A stretch of DNA of 64,000 nucleotides, taken from a bacterium (lineage in GTDB: Bacteria > Fidelibacterota > Fidelibacteria > Fidelibacterales > Fidelibacteraceae). A program made the position numbers and the translations under genes. Shown here one piece after another: positions 51,001 to 59,821 of this stretch (position 1 is the first letter of the stretch; the number at the start of each line of letters is the position of its first letter). Location: NCBI GenBank assembly GCA_963676395.1, contig OY781066.1, forward strand, positions 1,920,001-1,984,000, in the 5' to 3' direction. The notes beneath the pieces are model-generated. The model was not told where the DNA came from, searched no databases, and saw nothing but the letters and a program-made list of their open reading frames with translations.

Positions 51001-51801
51001 TTAATTCAACTTGAAATAGAGTGATACGACCAATTGATGAAAAGCGGATTCAAAGAGGTATATATCTTTGCTCCCCGAACTAAACATATCCCAGGTATAG
51101 GCTAGACCAATGATGTTTCCATTTGGAAGATATTTGTTAACACCTAGTTCTGCGCTTAAAGGGAGTCCTCCGAAAAAATAGTGTCTGTCAAAAATTCCCA
51201 GATCATTTTCATTAACATATGCATATTCGGGGCGACCGTTAAATGTTAAGGCTGGAATATTAGCCTTAAAATAGGGCATATATTTTTGCTTACGGATATT
51301 GAAGTACATACCGGCAAATTTAATCTGTTTCCGCTCAATATCAATAGTGTAGGCAAAACGTGTGCTGATCGCCATTTTAACCCTCATATCAATATTGAAA
51401 GTAGCATTTTGATAAGCAGGAGAGTATAATCCACTTAAGCCGATATTCACCACCCCACCTAAACGAAGATCAAATTTATTGTTTTTAAAGAGAGGCAGAT
51501 CATGCAGATATGAGATGTCCATTGATCCATCAAAATAATTGAGTGAATTCAGGGTTGCCAGTCCTACCATACCCGTTGCACCAAATGATAAATTAATAGT
51601 ATTTTTGTTGGTTTCGTTCTGATACGATGCGTTTGCCAGCATCATGGTACCATGGTATCGTAGAGGAGAAGTCCCCATATCTTTTACGTGACCATAGCCT
51701 ACTCCAAAGGATGTAAAAAGGAATTTTTCTGAGTACATTTCTGATGCTCCCAGAGCTGTCAGGAGCAAAGATAAGGTAATTATAAATTTTGCGTATTTCA
51801 T
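51001..51801 (-). CDS. Hypothetical outer-membrane beta-barrel protein co-transcribed with the S41 peptidase
   Basis: Signal peptide; D..TSPLRY.G; alternating beta-strand pattern; C-terminal LYFKLN; 1 bp from the next gene. Confidence 0.6.
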   Translation of the reverse strand: MKYAKFIITLSLLLTALGASEMYSEKFLFTSFGVGYGHVKDMGTSPLRYHGTMMLANASYQNETNKNTINLSFGATGMVGLATLNSLNYFDGSMDISYLHDLPLFKNNKFDLRLGGVVNIGLSGLYSPAYQNATFNIDMRVKMAISTRFAYTIDIERKQIKFAGMYFNIRKQKYMPYFKANIPALTFNGRPEYAYVNENDLGIFDRHYFFGGLPLSAELGVNKYLPNGNIIGLAYTWDMFSSGSKDIYLFESAFHQLVVSLYFKLN

Positions 51802-51961
51802 AGTAAAACTTAGTTCTAGTTAAATTAATATCCAATTAATAATAGCAAATATTTTTCAAGCGATTTAGTTCCCCTACTTATGAATAATCCTATATGTAAT
51901 TGATTTATTTATTGTTATATTCAATACAAAAGAAAAAGAACGAGCAAAATTGGGATGGAAA

Positions 51962-54265
51962 ATGACAAGTAATGAGAAAATCGGATATACAAATCCGGGT
52001 TATCTGAATACTATGTTAGGTAGATTATTTTCAAATCTACCCGGATTTGCATATCGCTGTATTTATGATGAATATTGGACAATGGAATTTATGAGTGCGG
52101 GATGTTATTCCGTAACCGGTTATAAACCCGAAGAGATAATACTGAATAATAAAAGCAGTTATCTTGAATTAATCTATCCGCAAGATAGAAAAAAAGTACG
52201 TTCAAATGTTGAAAAAGGTTATTCTCAAAATAAACAGTTTAGTATAGAATATAGAATCAGGCATAAAAGCGGAGATATCATTTGGGTATGGGAAAGAGGT
52301 ATCTGTATAACAGACGAAGATGAAAATTTAACACATATCGAAGGTTATGTAAGTGATATAACAGCTAGAAAAGAAAACGAGCTCGAACTTCAAGAAAGAA
52401 AGAAGATATATCAGGATCTAGTTGAACTCTCTCCTGATGGTATTATTATCGTTGACATTAAGGGCAGGATATACAATGTAAATAAAGCATTTTGTGATAT
52501 GAGTGGGTATAAATCTGAAGATTTTATTGATAAGAGCATTTTTAAAATACCTACTATGATCCGAAGTAAGAAGGTGATGTATAAAAGCATTGTTAAAGCA
52601 GTGTTTTCGGGTAAAAAAAATAATGATATCCATTTTCAATTTAAAGATATTAAAGGGAATATTAAGCTTGCAGAGGCAAGAAATAGCAGAATTATTATTA
52701 AAGGGAAGATGATGATCATGGGAATCATTCGTGATATTACAGATCAGGATGATGAGCGACGTTTATTGATTAACAGTAAGATGAAGACTGAAGCACTTTT
52801 AAATGCTTCTCCGGATATGATGTTTGTTTTTGATCGTAATGGTAAAATCTTAGACTACAAGGCAGATCCAAAAAATCTATTCTATCGGGATAGGAATCTT
52901 ATTTCAATGCATATTTCTGATATTTTACCCAAAAATATCGTCAGTAAAACCATGAGGAAAATTAATAACACTCTTGATACCGGGAAAATGAATGAGCTTA
53001 CATATGAGCTTGATCTTCCAGAAACAGGGAAGAAATATTTTGAATCAAGGATAGTAAAAAGCGGACATAATCAAGTGACGGCCATTATCCGAGATATAAC
53101 TAAAAGAAAAAATATGGAATTAAAGCTTATCGAAGCAAAAGAGGATGCAGAGGAAGGGAATAGATTGAAATCGGCATTTCTTGCAAACATGAATCATGAG
53201 ATCAGAACGCCAATGAATGCCATTATGGGTTTTTCCAGCTTATTAAAGAATACAGAGGATAAAGAAAAAAGAGATAAGTATTTAGATCTTTTAAACACGT
53301 CTTCAAACTATTTATTACACTTAATTGATGATGTGATCCTGTATTCGCGATTGCAGAGTGAAAAAATATCTATAGAAGAGAAAAGTATTGACCTGGAAAT
53401 TCTGCTGGACGATCTGTATAGGACGGTAAGAGATTCAGAGGAATTAAAAAATCTATCACTAGAGTTGACAATTCCTAAAGAGTGTAGAAAGTTAAATTTT
53501 CTTGGAGATAGGGAAAAGATATGGGAAGTCTTGAATATTTTTATCAACAATGCTATGAAATATACTGATTCTGGCTTTGTAAGGATAGGTGCCATTAAAG
53601 ATGAGGATATGATAAGAATTTATGTTCAGGATAGTGGTTGTGGTATTCCTGAAAAAGATCATAAAAAAGTATTTCAGAGATTTTATCGTTCAAGTTTAGT
53701 GGTTGAAAATAGTATAAATGGAACGGGATTAGGTCTTTCTATCGCTAGCGAATTGGCAAAGATCATGGGTGCTGAGATAGGTTTTAAATCCACCTTGGGA
53801 GAAGGTAGTTTGTTCTATATAGATCTAAAATACCTCAGAGCTAATGATATGAAGTCAGAGAAAGCTATAAATAATATTGAGCCCTTAAGTATATCTGATA
53901 TGAAAGTATTAGTTGCTGAGGACGATGCCCCCAGTATACTATACTTAAAAGAGATCCTCCGGAAAATGGTAAAAGAGATAGATCATGCTCCGAATGGCCA
54001 GGTAGCTGTTGATATGGTGAAAAAAAATACTTATGACTGTATTTTAATGGATGTAAAGATGCCTGTGATGGATGGTATTGAAGCAACAAAACTAATAAAA
54101 GCGAGTTATCCAAAACTTCCTGTGATAATACAAACTGCATTTACACAAGCTGAAGATAAAAAAAGAGCAATGAACTCAGGTGCTGATGCGTATATTTCAA
54201 AGCCAATTGATGCCAAACATTTAGAAGAATTAATCTCTAGCTTTCTTGAAACCAGTGAGACTTAA
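51962..54265 (+). CDS. Cytoplasmic multi-PAS hybrid histidine kinase/response regulator
   Basis: Three PAS-like repeats; FLANMNHEIRTPMNAI, NNAMKYT, DSGCGI, GTGLGL; REC domain ILMDVKMPVMDG. Confidence 0.93.
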   Translation: MTSNEKIGYTNPGYLNTMLGRLFSNLPGFAYRCIYDEYWTMEFMSAGCYSVTGYKPEEIILNNKSSYLELIYPQDRKKVRSNVEKGYSQNKQFSIEYRIRHKSGDIIWVWERGICITDEDENLTHIEGYVSDITARKENELELQERKKIYQDLVELSPDGIIIVDIKGRIYNVNKAFCDMSGYKSEDFIDKSIFKIPTMIRSKKVMYKSIVKAVFSGKKNNDIHFQFKDIKGNIKLAEARNSRIIIKGKMMIMGIIRDITDQDDERRLLINSKMKTEALLNASPDMMFVFDRNGKILDYKADPKNLFYRDRNLISMHISDILPKNIVSKTMRKINNTLDTGKMNELTYELDLPETGKKYFESRIVKSGHNQVTAIIRDITKRKNMELKLIEAKEDAEEGNRLKSAFLANMNHEIRTPMNAIMGFSSLLKNTEDKEKRDKYLDLLNTSSNYLLHLIDDVILYSRLQSEKISIEEKSIDLEILLDDLYRTVRDSEELKNLSLELTIPKECRKLNFLGDREKIWEVLNIFINNAMKYTDSGFVRIGAIKDEDMIRIYVQDSGCGIPEKDHKKVFQRFYRSSLVVENSINGTGLGLSIASELAKIMGAEIGFKSTLGEGSLFYIDLKYLRANDMKSEKAINNIEPLSISDMKVLVAEDDAPSILYLKEILRKMVKEIDHAPNGQVAVDMVKKNTYDCILMDVKMPVMDGIEATKLIKASYPKLPVIIQTAFTQAEDKKRAMNSGADAYISKPIDAKHLEELISSFLETSET

Positions 54266-55512
54266 TTACCCGAAGCGTGACTCCCGGCAACATATCCGGA
54301 TGACCAAGCAATTTGTAGATTGTACCCTCCGGTTGCAGCATCTAAATTTAATACTTCACCTGCAAAATATAAGCCGGAGATTATTTTACTTTCCAAACTT
54401 GAGGGATTCACTTCTTTAAGTTCAATTCCACCGGAAGTAATAATTGCGTCATTCCAGCCGGTATTACCTGTAATTTTAAAACGCATTTCTTTTAATGCTT
54501 TATGCATTACATTTCTTTCTTTGCTGGATATTTGATTGCAATATTTTTCTGGATCTAATTCGGCATATTCGCAGAATGGATACAACATTTTTAAAGGAAG
54601 CAGATTTTTAAGCATGCTCTTTAGTTTTGATTTACCATGAAAATCCAGTTCTCTTCTCAAACGTGCATCAAGTTTCTCGATACTCAATGCAGGTTTAAGA
54701 TCAATTGTGATTTCTAAAAATTGATTATTACGCATCGCAATAACAACATCTCGACTTAGATCAAGAATGATAGGTCCGGATAGGCCATAGTGGGTAAACA
54801 ACATTTCACCAAATTTGCTACGGACTTTTTTATTATCTGCCCAAATGGTTGCTTGAACATTTTTTAATGATACTCCTTGCAAATTTTCTGCAAGTGAGCC
54901 TTCAGTTTCCAAAGGAACTAATGCCGGTAAGGTTGCTGTGACCTTGTGTCCCAGTTCCCGTGCCATTCTATAGCCGTCGCCGGTACTTCCAGTAGAGGGA
55001 TAAGAGCGTCCACCTGTAGCAAGAATAACTTTGTCGGCGCTAAAAGAAGCACCGGTATCTAGTGTAACTCCTTTAACGATGTTATTTTCAACAAGGATCT
55101 TTTTTACTCGACGATCATATTTTATGTCTACACCTTTACTTTCATTCCATTTGCTAAGAGCCGTCACAACATCCATAGATTTTTGAGATTCGGGGAAAAC
55201 TCTGCGACCGCGTTCCTCAATGGTTGGAACATTAAGTGCATGAAAAAACTGAAGCGTTTCACTCACAAAAAAGCGCGAGAACATCGGGCGACAGAACTTT
55301 GGCATAGGAAAGATCTGTTTCATGTAGTGTTGTATGTCGGAGTTGCTGGTAATGTTACAGCGCCCCTTGCCGGTGATAAGCAGTTTACGACCCGCTCGTT
55401 TCATGGAGTCTAGAAGCAATACTTTTGCTCCTTGCTCAGCTGCCGTACCTGCAGCCATTAAACCGGCGGCACCTGCACCGATTACGATGATGTTATATTG
55501 TGATTTGTCCAT
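54262..55512 (-). CDS. HI0933/BaiN/YhiN-family flavoprotein oxidoreductase
   Basis: IGAGAAG, GRKLLITGKGRCNITS, LFTHYGLSGP, TGGYNLQIAWSSG. Confidence 0.92.
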   Translation of the reverse strand: MDKSQYNIIVIGAGAAGLMAAGTAAEQGAKVLLLDSMKRAGRKLLITGKGRCNITSNSDIQHYMKQIFPMPKFCRPMFSRFFVSETLQFFHALNVPTIEERGRRVFPESQKSMDVVTALSKWNESKGVDIKYDRRVKKILVENNIVKGVTLDTGASFSADKVILATGGRSYPSTGSTGDGYRMARELGHKVTATLPALVPLETEGSLAENLQGVSLKNVQATIWADNKKVRSKFGEMLFTHYGLSGPIILDLSRDVVIAMRNNQFLEITIDLKPALSIEKLDARLRRELDFHGKSKLKSMLKNLLPLKMLYPFCEYAELDPEKYCNQISSKERNVMHKALKEMRFKITGNTGWNDAIITSGGIELKEVNPSSLESKIISGLYFAGEVLNLDAATGGYNLQIAWSSGYVAGSHASGN

Positions 55513-55543
55513 GGGATAAAGATAAGCATTGAAATTGCATTAA

Positions 55544-55575
55544 TCAATAGCCTTGGGTTTAAATACAAGAATTGA
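55544..55575. repeat. Degenerate family-B palindrome copy
   Basis: tcaatagccttgggtttaaatacaagaattga. Confidence 0.5.
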
Positions 55576-55667
55576 ATTAGTCACTTCCCCTCGATCTCTA
55601 CTAGCGATTACAGCAAGTTCTAAAGTTGGTTTGTCCAGGAAAAGAATTTGCGGTTTAGCTATTAAAC

Positions 55668-55707
55668 CAACCGACTCGGTTCAACCTCGACTCAACCGAC
55701 TCGGTTG
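55668..55707. repeat. Duplicated palindrome caaccgactcggtt(g)
   Basis: Copies at 55668-55681 and 55693-55707. Confidence 0.7.
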
Positions 55708-55770
55708 AAAATAAACCCTTACTAATACCCTGGAAGTAAAATAAAATAGTAATAAAAGCTTATGAAATTC

Positions 55771-55805
55771 TTGACATATCCTCAAATAGTAAGTAATCTT
55801 ATTAC
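55771..55805 (+). promoter_or_regulatory. Putative TetR-gene promoter with an overlapping palindrome
   Basis: TTGACA-N17-TAATCT; gtaat-ctt-attac palindrome at 55793-55805. Confidence 0.5.
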
Positions 55806-55848
55806 GAAAAACAGAATTGAAGATGAAAATCGTAAGGGAATGGATGCT

Positions 55849-56451
55849 ATGGCAAAGAATGCTAGGAATTTACTGAAAGAGTCAACTTGGGAACTGGTGC
55901 TAAAACAAGGATTTAAAGCTACCAAAGTACAGGATATTTGCGCCGATGCAGGTGTAAGTAAAATGACTTTTTATTACTACTATAAAAATAAATATGATAT
56001 CATTGAAGAGGTATTGACTGACTTTTTTGAAAATTCAATTAATATTTCAAAAGAGATTATGGCTAAAGAGGTGCCGTTTAAAGATAAAATGATGGAATTG
56101 GTTCATTGGAAGGCAAAATTTGTCAAGCTAATGAGTCCGAAATTTGTTGAAGAACTTTACCTTAGTGGTGGCAGATATATGGAGATAGCAAAGAAAGTGA
56201 TATCTGATGTACAGAATATGACTCGTCAATTCTATCTCGAAGGAAAGGCAAAAGGTGAGATTAACAGAACGGTTGATGTTGAAGTAATCATTTCATGGAT
56301 GAACCTTGTTTCGGATATGATCGTTAATGGTCAATTTAATCATCTATTTGAAGATCCTAAGGAAATGAACAGGCAAATCAGAGATTTGATCTTATATGGG
56401 GTGTTAGGAAATGTCAATGAAGTAGATTATCACGATCTTACTATGTTTTAG
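55849..56451 (+). CDS. TetR/AcrR-family transcriptional regulator
   Basis: GFKATKVQDICADAGVSKMTFYYYYKNK HTH; start moved to MAKNAR. Confidence 0.9.
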   Translation: MAKNARNLLKESTWELVLKQGFKATKVQDICADAGVSKMTFYYYYKNKYDIIEEVLTDFFENSINISKEIMAKEVPFKDKMMELVHWKAKFVKLMSPKFVEELYLSGGRYMEIAKKVISDVQNMTRQFYLEGKAKGEINRTVDVEVIISWMNLVSDMIVNGQFNHLFEDPKEMNRQIRDLILYGVLGNVNEVDYHDLTMF

Positions 56452-56874
56452 TATCGCAGATTTTAATTATTTCATTCATAGCCTAGATGAACACTTCTTG
56501 ACTTATCGTGCATGGGGGTGTTTTGCAGGTAATCAATTTGAATTTCGAGTATTCTTGTAATAGGGTTAGCTTTGATAATGCTCAGTTTCTATGCGCTTTA
56601 GGGATTTACTGCGATTAAGCTCCGGTGTGTCCGTAGAGCGTTTTTATACGGGTATTACAGTTAGTTGGTTTTTTTCTAATTAAGTTAAACCATTCTTTAG
56701 GAAATTTTATGTATAGGACTTGCAAATAGCGATTATTAATCCTTAAATATCAACATTGCTTTAATTAACACTCAAGAAACACTTAATACCTTTGGATCAC
56801 TTTTATTCTATACTAGTTTCCTGTATTAATCAGGGAATATGCTACACAAAATTGAGTAAAACAGGAGGAATGTG

Positions 56875-57384
56875 ATGAGTAGAGAGAAAGCAATCAAAGT
56901 GATGGCGGTTTTGTTATTTACATTTGTTGTTTTTTGTAATCTAATGGCAAAAACACCGGTAATACAAGGAGCAAGTATTGTGAGAAAACCCTCAGTATCC
57001 AAATCCGCAAAATTATATATTCAACCACAGATAGGAATGGGTTATAGCTTACAACGCGGTTCTTCAATTGCTATACTAGGGTCATATGTTGGCATGGAAA
57101 TTAACAAATTTAGAATTGGTTTCTCCGGGGCAATCGGAGCCTCAATGAATTATTTTGGTGTGCAACTTGAAAAGATGATCACATTATCTTCCAAAGAATC
57201 TCTCACTATAAGAGTCGGGAATTTTGGTAGATTATCTTCTAATATCGGTTTTTTATATGAGAATCGTGAAGGGAATGTCAGTTTTATCTTTGGTCCTGAA
57301 ATATGCACAAAAGATATTGTTACAATGGGTGTGAAAGATATTAGTTTTGCAGCGACAGTAGGCTTGGGGTTTAAGGGTAAGTAA
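56875..57384 (+). CDS. Hypothetical exported small beta-barrel-like protein (paralog A)
   Basis: AGGAGG RBS; signal peptide; Gly/aromatic-rich strands; aligns with 57634-58197. Confidence 0.6.
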   Translation: MSREKAIKVMAVLLFTFVVFCNLMAKTPVIQGASIVRKPSVSKSAKLYIQPQIGMGYSLQRGSSIAILGSYVGMEINKFRIGFSGAIGASMNYFGVQLEKMITLSSKESLTIRVGNFGRLSSNIGFLYENREGNVSFIFGPEICTKDIVTMGVKDISFAATVGLGFKGK

Positions 57385-57412
57385 TTATCCATAGTATTAA
57401 TAAATGAAAATT

Positions 57413-57440
57413 GTAAGGAATGGTCGCGATCGTTCCTTAT
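57413..57440. repeat. REP-like hairpin / terminator
   Basis: gtaaggaatggtcgcgatcgttccttat; near-copy of 33870. Confidence 0.6.
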
Positions 57441-57633
57441 TTTTTTAATATGATAAAACCTTCTTTGTGGTATTATTTAAAATTCTTTGTAATCTCCATA
57501 ATATATTTTTAGTTTATATATGTAGAAAAATTGATACGATGTGAATGTGGGTTGCCTTGTGTTGTTAAACAGCAAAGACATCTCGGTTTGTTATAGGCAC
57601 GAAATAGTGGTGAAGTGAACGTGAGGTTAATTA

Positions 57634-58197
57634 ATGTATCCGGTTAACAATGTCAAAAAAATTGTATTATTGATGGTGCTTTGTTTGGGGTTTGTTTTTG
57701 CCGATGGTATCAATATTTCTTCGATTCGGAATACAGACATAGGAACTTTATTAAAAAGTGAAAAAGTATATTACGGAAATCCAAAGAAGAATCGGGGATT
57801 TCTTGAAGAATTGGATATTTATATTCAACCTCAAGTTGGTTGGGGATGCAATATAACTCAAGGTCAACACTCCATTATTATGCTTGGGGCTTATAGTGCC
57901 TTAGAATATAAATTTTTAAGATTGGGATTTAGCGGAAATATCGGGTCTTCAATAAAGTATTATGGCGTTCAAGCCGAGGCAATTATCCCACTAATTTCAA
58001 TGCATAGTTTAGTTCTTCGCGCCGGGAACTGGGGACGGAAGTCATCCAATGTCGGAATTTTTTATGAAGCGAGAGTAGAAAATATTTCTGCTTTAATAGG
58101 AGTTGAATTTTGTACCGATGATATTGTTCTTTTCGATGATTACTCATATATGTTTACCATTGGAATGGGAATTATTTTGGATGATATGAATTATTAG
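57634..58197 (+). CDS. Hypothetical exported small beta-barrel-like protein (paralog B)
   Basis: Signal peptide; shares YIQPQ.G.G, GFSG.IG.S..Y.GVQ, GN.GR.SSN.G..YE and E.CT.DIV with paralog A. Confidence 0.6.
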   Translation: MYPVNNVKKIVLLMVLCLGFVFADGINISSIRNTDIGTLLKSEKVYYGNPKKNRGFLEELDIYIQPQVGWGCNITQGQHSIIMLGAYSALEYKFLRLGFSGNIGSSIKYYGVQAEAIIPLISMHSLVLRAGNWGRKSSNVGIFYEARVENISALIGVEFCTDDIVLFDDYSYMFTIGMGIILDDMNY

Positions 58198-58232
58198 TTG
58201 TGAGACGAAAACCGCAAGGCGGAAGTAGAATT

Positions 58233-58255
58233 GGCGAGCTAAGGTTCGCCTTTTT
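58233..58255 (+). terminator. Intrinsic terminator
   Basis: ggcgagc-taag-gttcgcc followed by ttttt. Confidence 0.6.
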
Positions 58256-58373
58256 ATTTATGAGGAATTATTATGGATATAAGTTTGTTGTGTGGGATTA
58301 AATCCATCTATGGTTTACAATGCTTATTCATTAATCTGTTTACATCCAGTTCTTCACAACAGGCTTTCAACTT

Positions 58374-59324
58374 TCAATCCCTAAGCTTTGACTTTTGACC
58401 TTTTTTTACTTGCGTTAACAAGATCGCTCCCATTATAAGCGTCGCCCCTAAAATTTGACGTCCGCTCATGCTTTCTTGCAATATTAACCAGCCACCTATG
58501 GCACCAAATACGCTCTCGGTTGATAGTATTAATGAGGCATAAGCCGGGTTGGCTTTTCGTAAGGCAATAACGTGTAAGGTATAGGCAATGCCGACCGAAC
58601 CGATACCGCCATATAAGATGGCAGGAAGAGCTTGGCGGACGGGGAGAGTGTAAGAAGAGAGAGTTGATGGGTTGATGAAAGGAGAATGTTCGGTGAATAA
58701 TGCGACGATGAATGATAAAACTGCACATACTACGAATTGCCAGATTGAAAGTCTAATAGCTCCAACCTTTGAGGAATAATGTGATATGAGTAAAAAGTGA
58801 ATAGCCCAGAATATGGCACATGCGATCATATAGATATCGCCGGTCTCCATACGAAAATTGTTGTTGATAGACATGAAATACAATCCCACCAGCGCGATCA
58901 TAATAGCAATCCACACGATCTTACGTGTTCTATGACCAATAACTAAGCCGAATATTGGCACCAATATCATATATAAGGCTGTAATGAAACTTGCTTTCCC
59001 TGCCGTGGTGGTTACTAAACCTACTTGCTGAGCATTCACACCCAAAAACAAAAATACACCAACAATTATACCGGCAAATATTACAGTTTTACGCTCAACT
59101 TGGTACTCATTATTTGGTTTTCCCTTGACCTTTATCTTGATCTCGATTTTTCTTGTGGTAAAATAAATCGGTAATAGGCACAAAGCACCAATGAAAAATC
59201 TTATGGAGGTGTAGTAAAAGGGACCAATATAATTCATTCCATCACGTTGCGCAACGAAACCAAGTCCCCAAAGTATGGCCGCAATGACCAACATAATATC
59301 GGTTTGTAGTTCTTTTTTATTCAT
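58374..59324 (-). CDS. DMT/EamA-family transporter
   Basis: LWGLGFVAQ, QQVGLVTTTAGKASFIT, ILSTESVFG; ~10 TM segments; start MNKKEL. Confidence 0.92.
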   Translation of the reverse strand: MNKKELQTDIMLVIAAILWGLGFVAQRDGMNYIGPFYYTSIRFFIGALCLLPIYFTTRKIEIKIKVKGKPNNEYQVERKTVIFAGIIVGVFLFLGVNAQQVGLVTTTAGKASFITALYMILVPIFGLVIGHRTRKIVWIAIMIALVGLYFMSINNNFRMETGDIYMIACAIFWAIHFLLISHYSSKVGAIRLSIWQFVVCAVLSFIVALFTEHSPFINPSTLSSYTLPVRQALPAILYGGIGSVGIAYTLHVIALRKANPAYASLILSTESVFGAIGGWLILQESMSGRQILGATLIMGAILLTQVKKGQKSKLRD

Positions 59325-59821
59325 CGCTGAAAAGTAATACAACAAGTTAGAAGGAAAAAGTAAAAAGGAATAAGCAAGGAAGAACTCACACAAAGACGCA
59401 AAGCTGAAGAAAAAATATATTCATTCTTCTCCCGTTGCAGCGGGAGAGGAATAAGCTACTTATAATCAGCTAAGAACCCTTGAGTATGGAGATTTTAATT
59501 TTAAATAACCCCGATATGGATGATACTTCAAGGTCATTTCTTATGAAACAGATCAAATAACTTTGTACACTCGTAAATTTTGTTGGAAGAGTATAAATCT
59601 ATTTTGATGATTTTCTTATAAAAAACTCTAAATGTTAGTTGACATTATAAACTAAATAGCCCTAACTTTAAGTGTTATTTGAGTTGGGTTAATAGGTAGT
59701 GGGATAATTGATTCAAGTGGCTGTAACTAAGGAAATTTGAGACGAATAAACTAACGCTTTTTAAAGCGTTTTCGTGTTTATGACAATATTTTTTTAAATT
59801 AGAATAAATAAGGTAGGGAAA

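Noticed and set aside
51962..54265. Horizontally acquired island around the hybrid kinase
   Set aside because: It looks richer in AGA/ATA codons by eye, but I could not quantify this, and there is no integrase, tRNA or flanking direct repeat.
55668..55707. Mini-CRISPR
   Set aside because: Only two 14-bp units with an 11-bp gap, and no cas genes.
56560..56670. Possible riboswitch upstream of the paralog pair
   Set aside because: Only a weak hairpin is present, and I could not match conserved motifs of any riboswitch class; an Rfam scan would settle it.
59388..59450. c-di-GMP-I riboswitch suggested by GACGCAAAG
   Set aside because: The preceding GNRA-capped P2 stem and downstream P3 are absent; it looks like an 8-bp repeat remnant (cacaaaga cgcaaagc) plus an unrelated hairpin.
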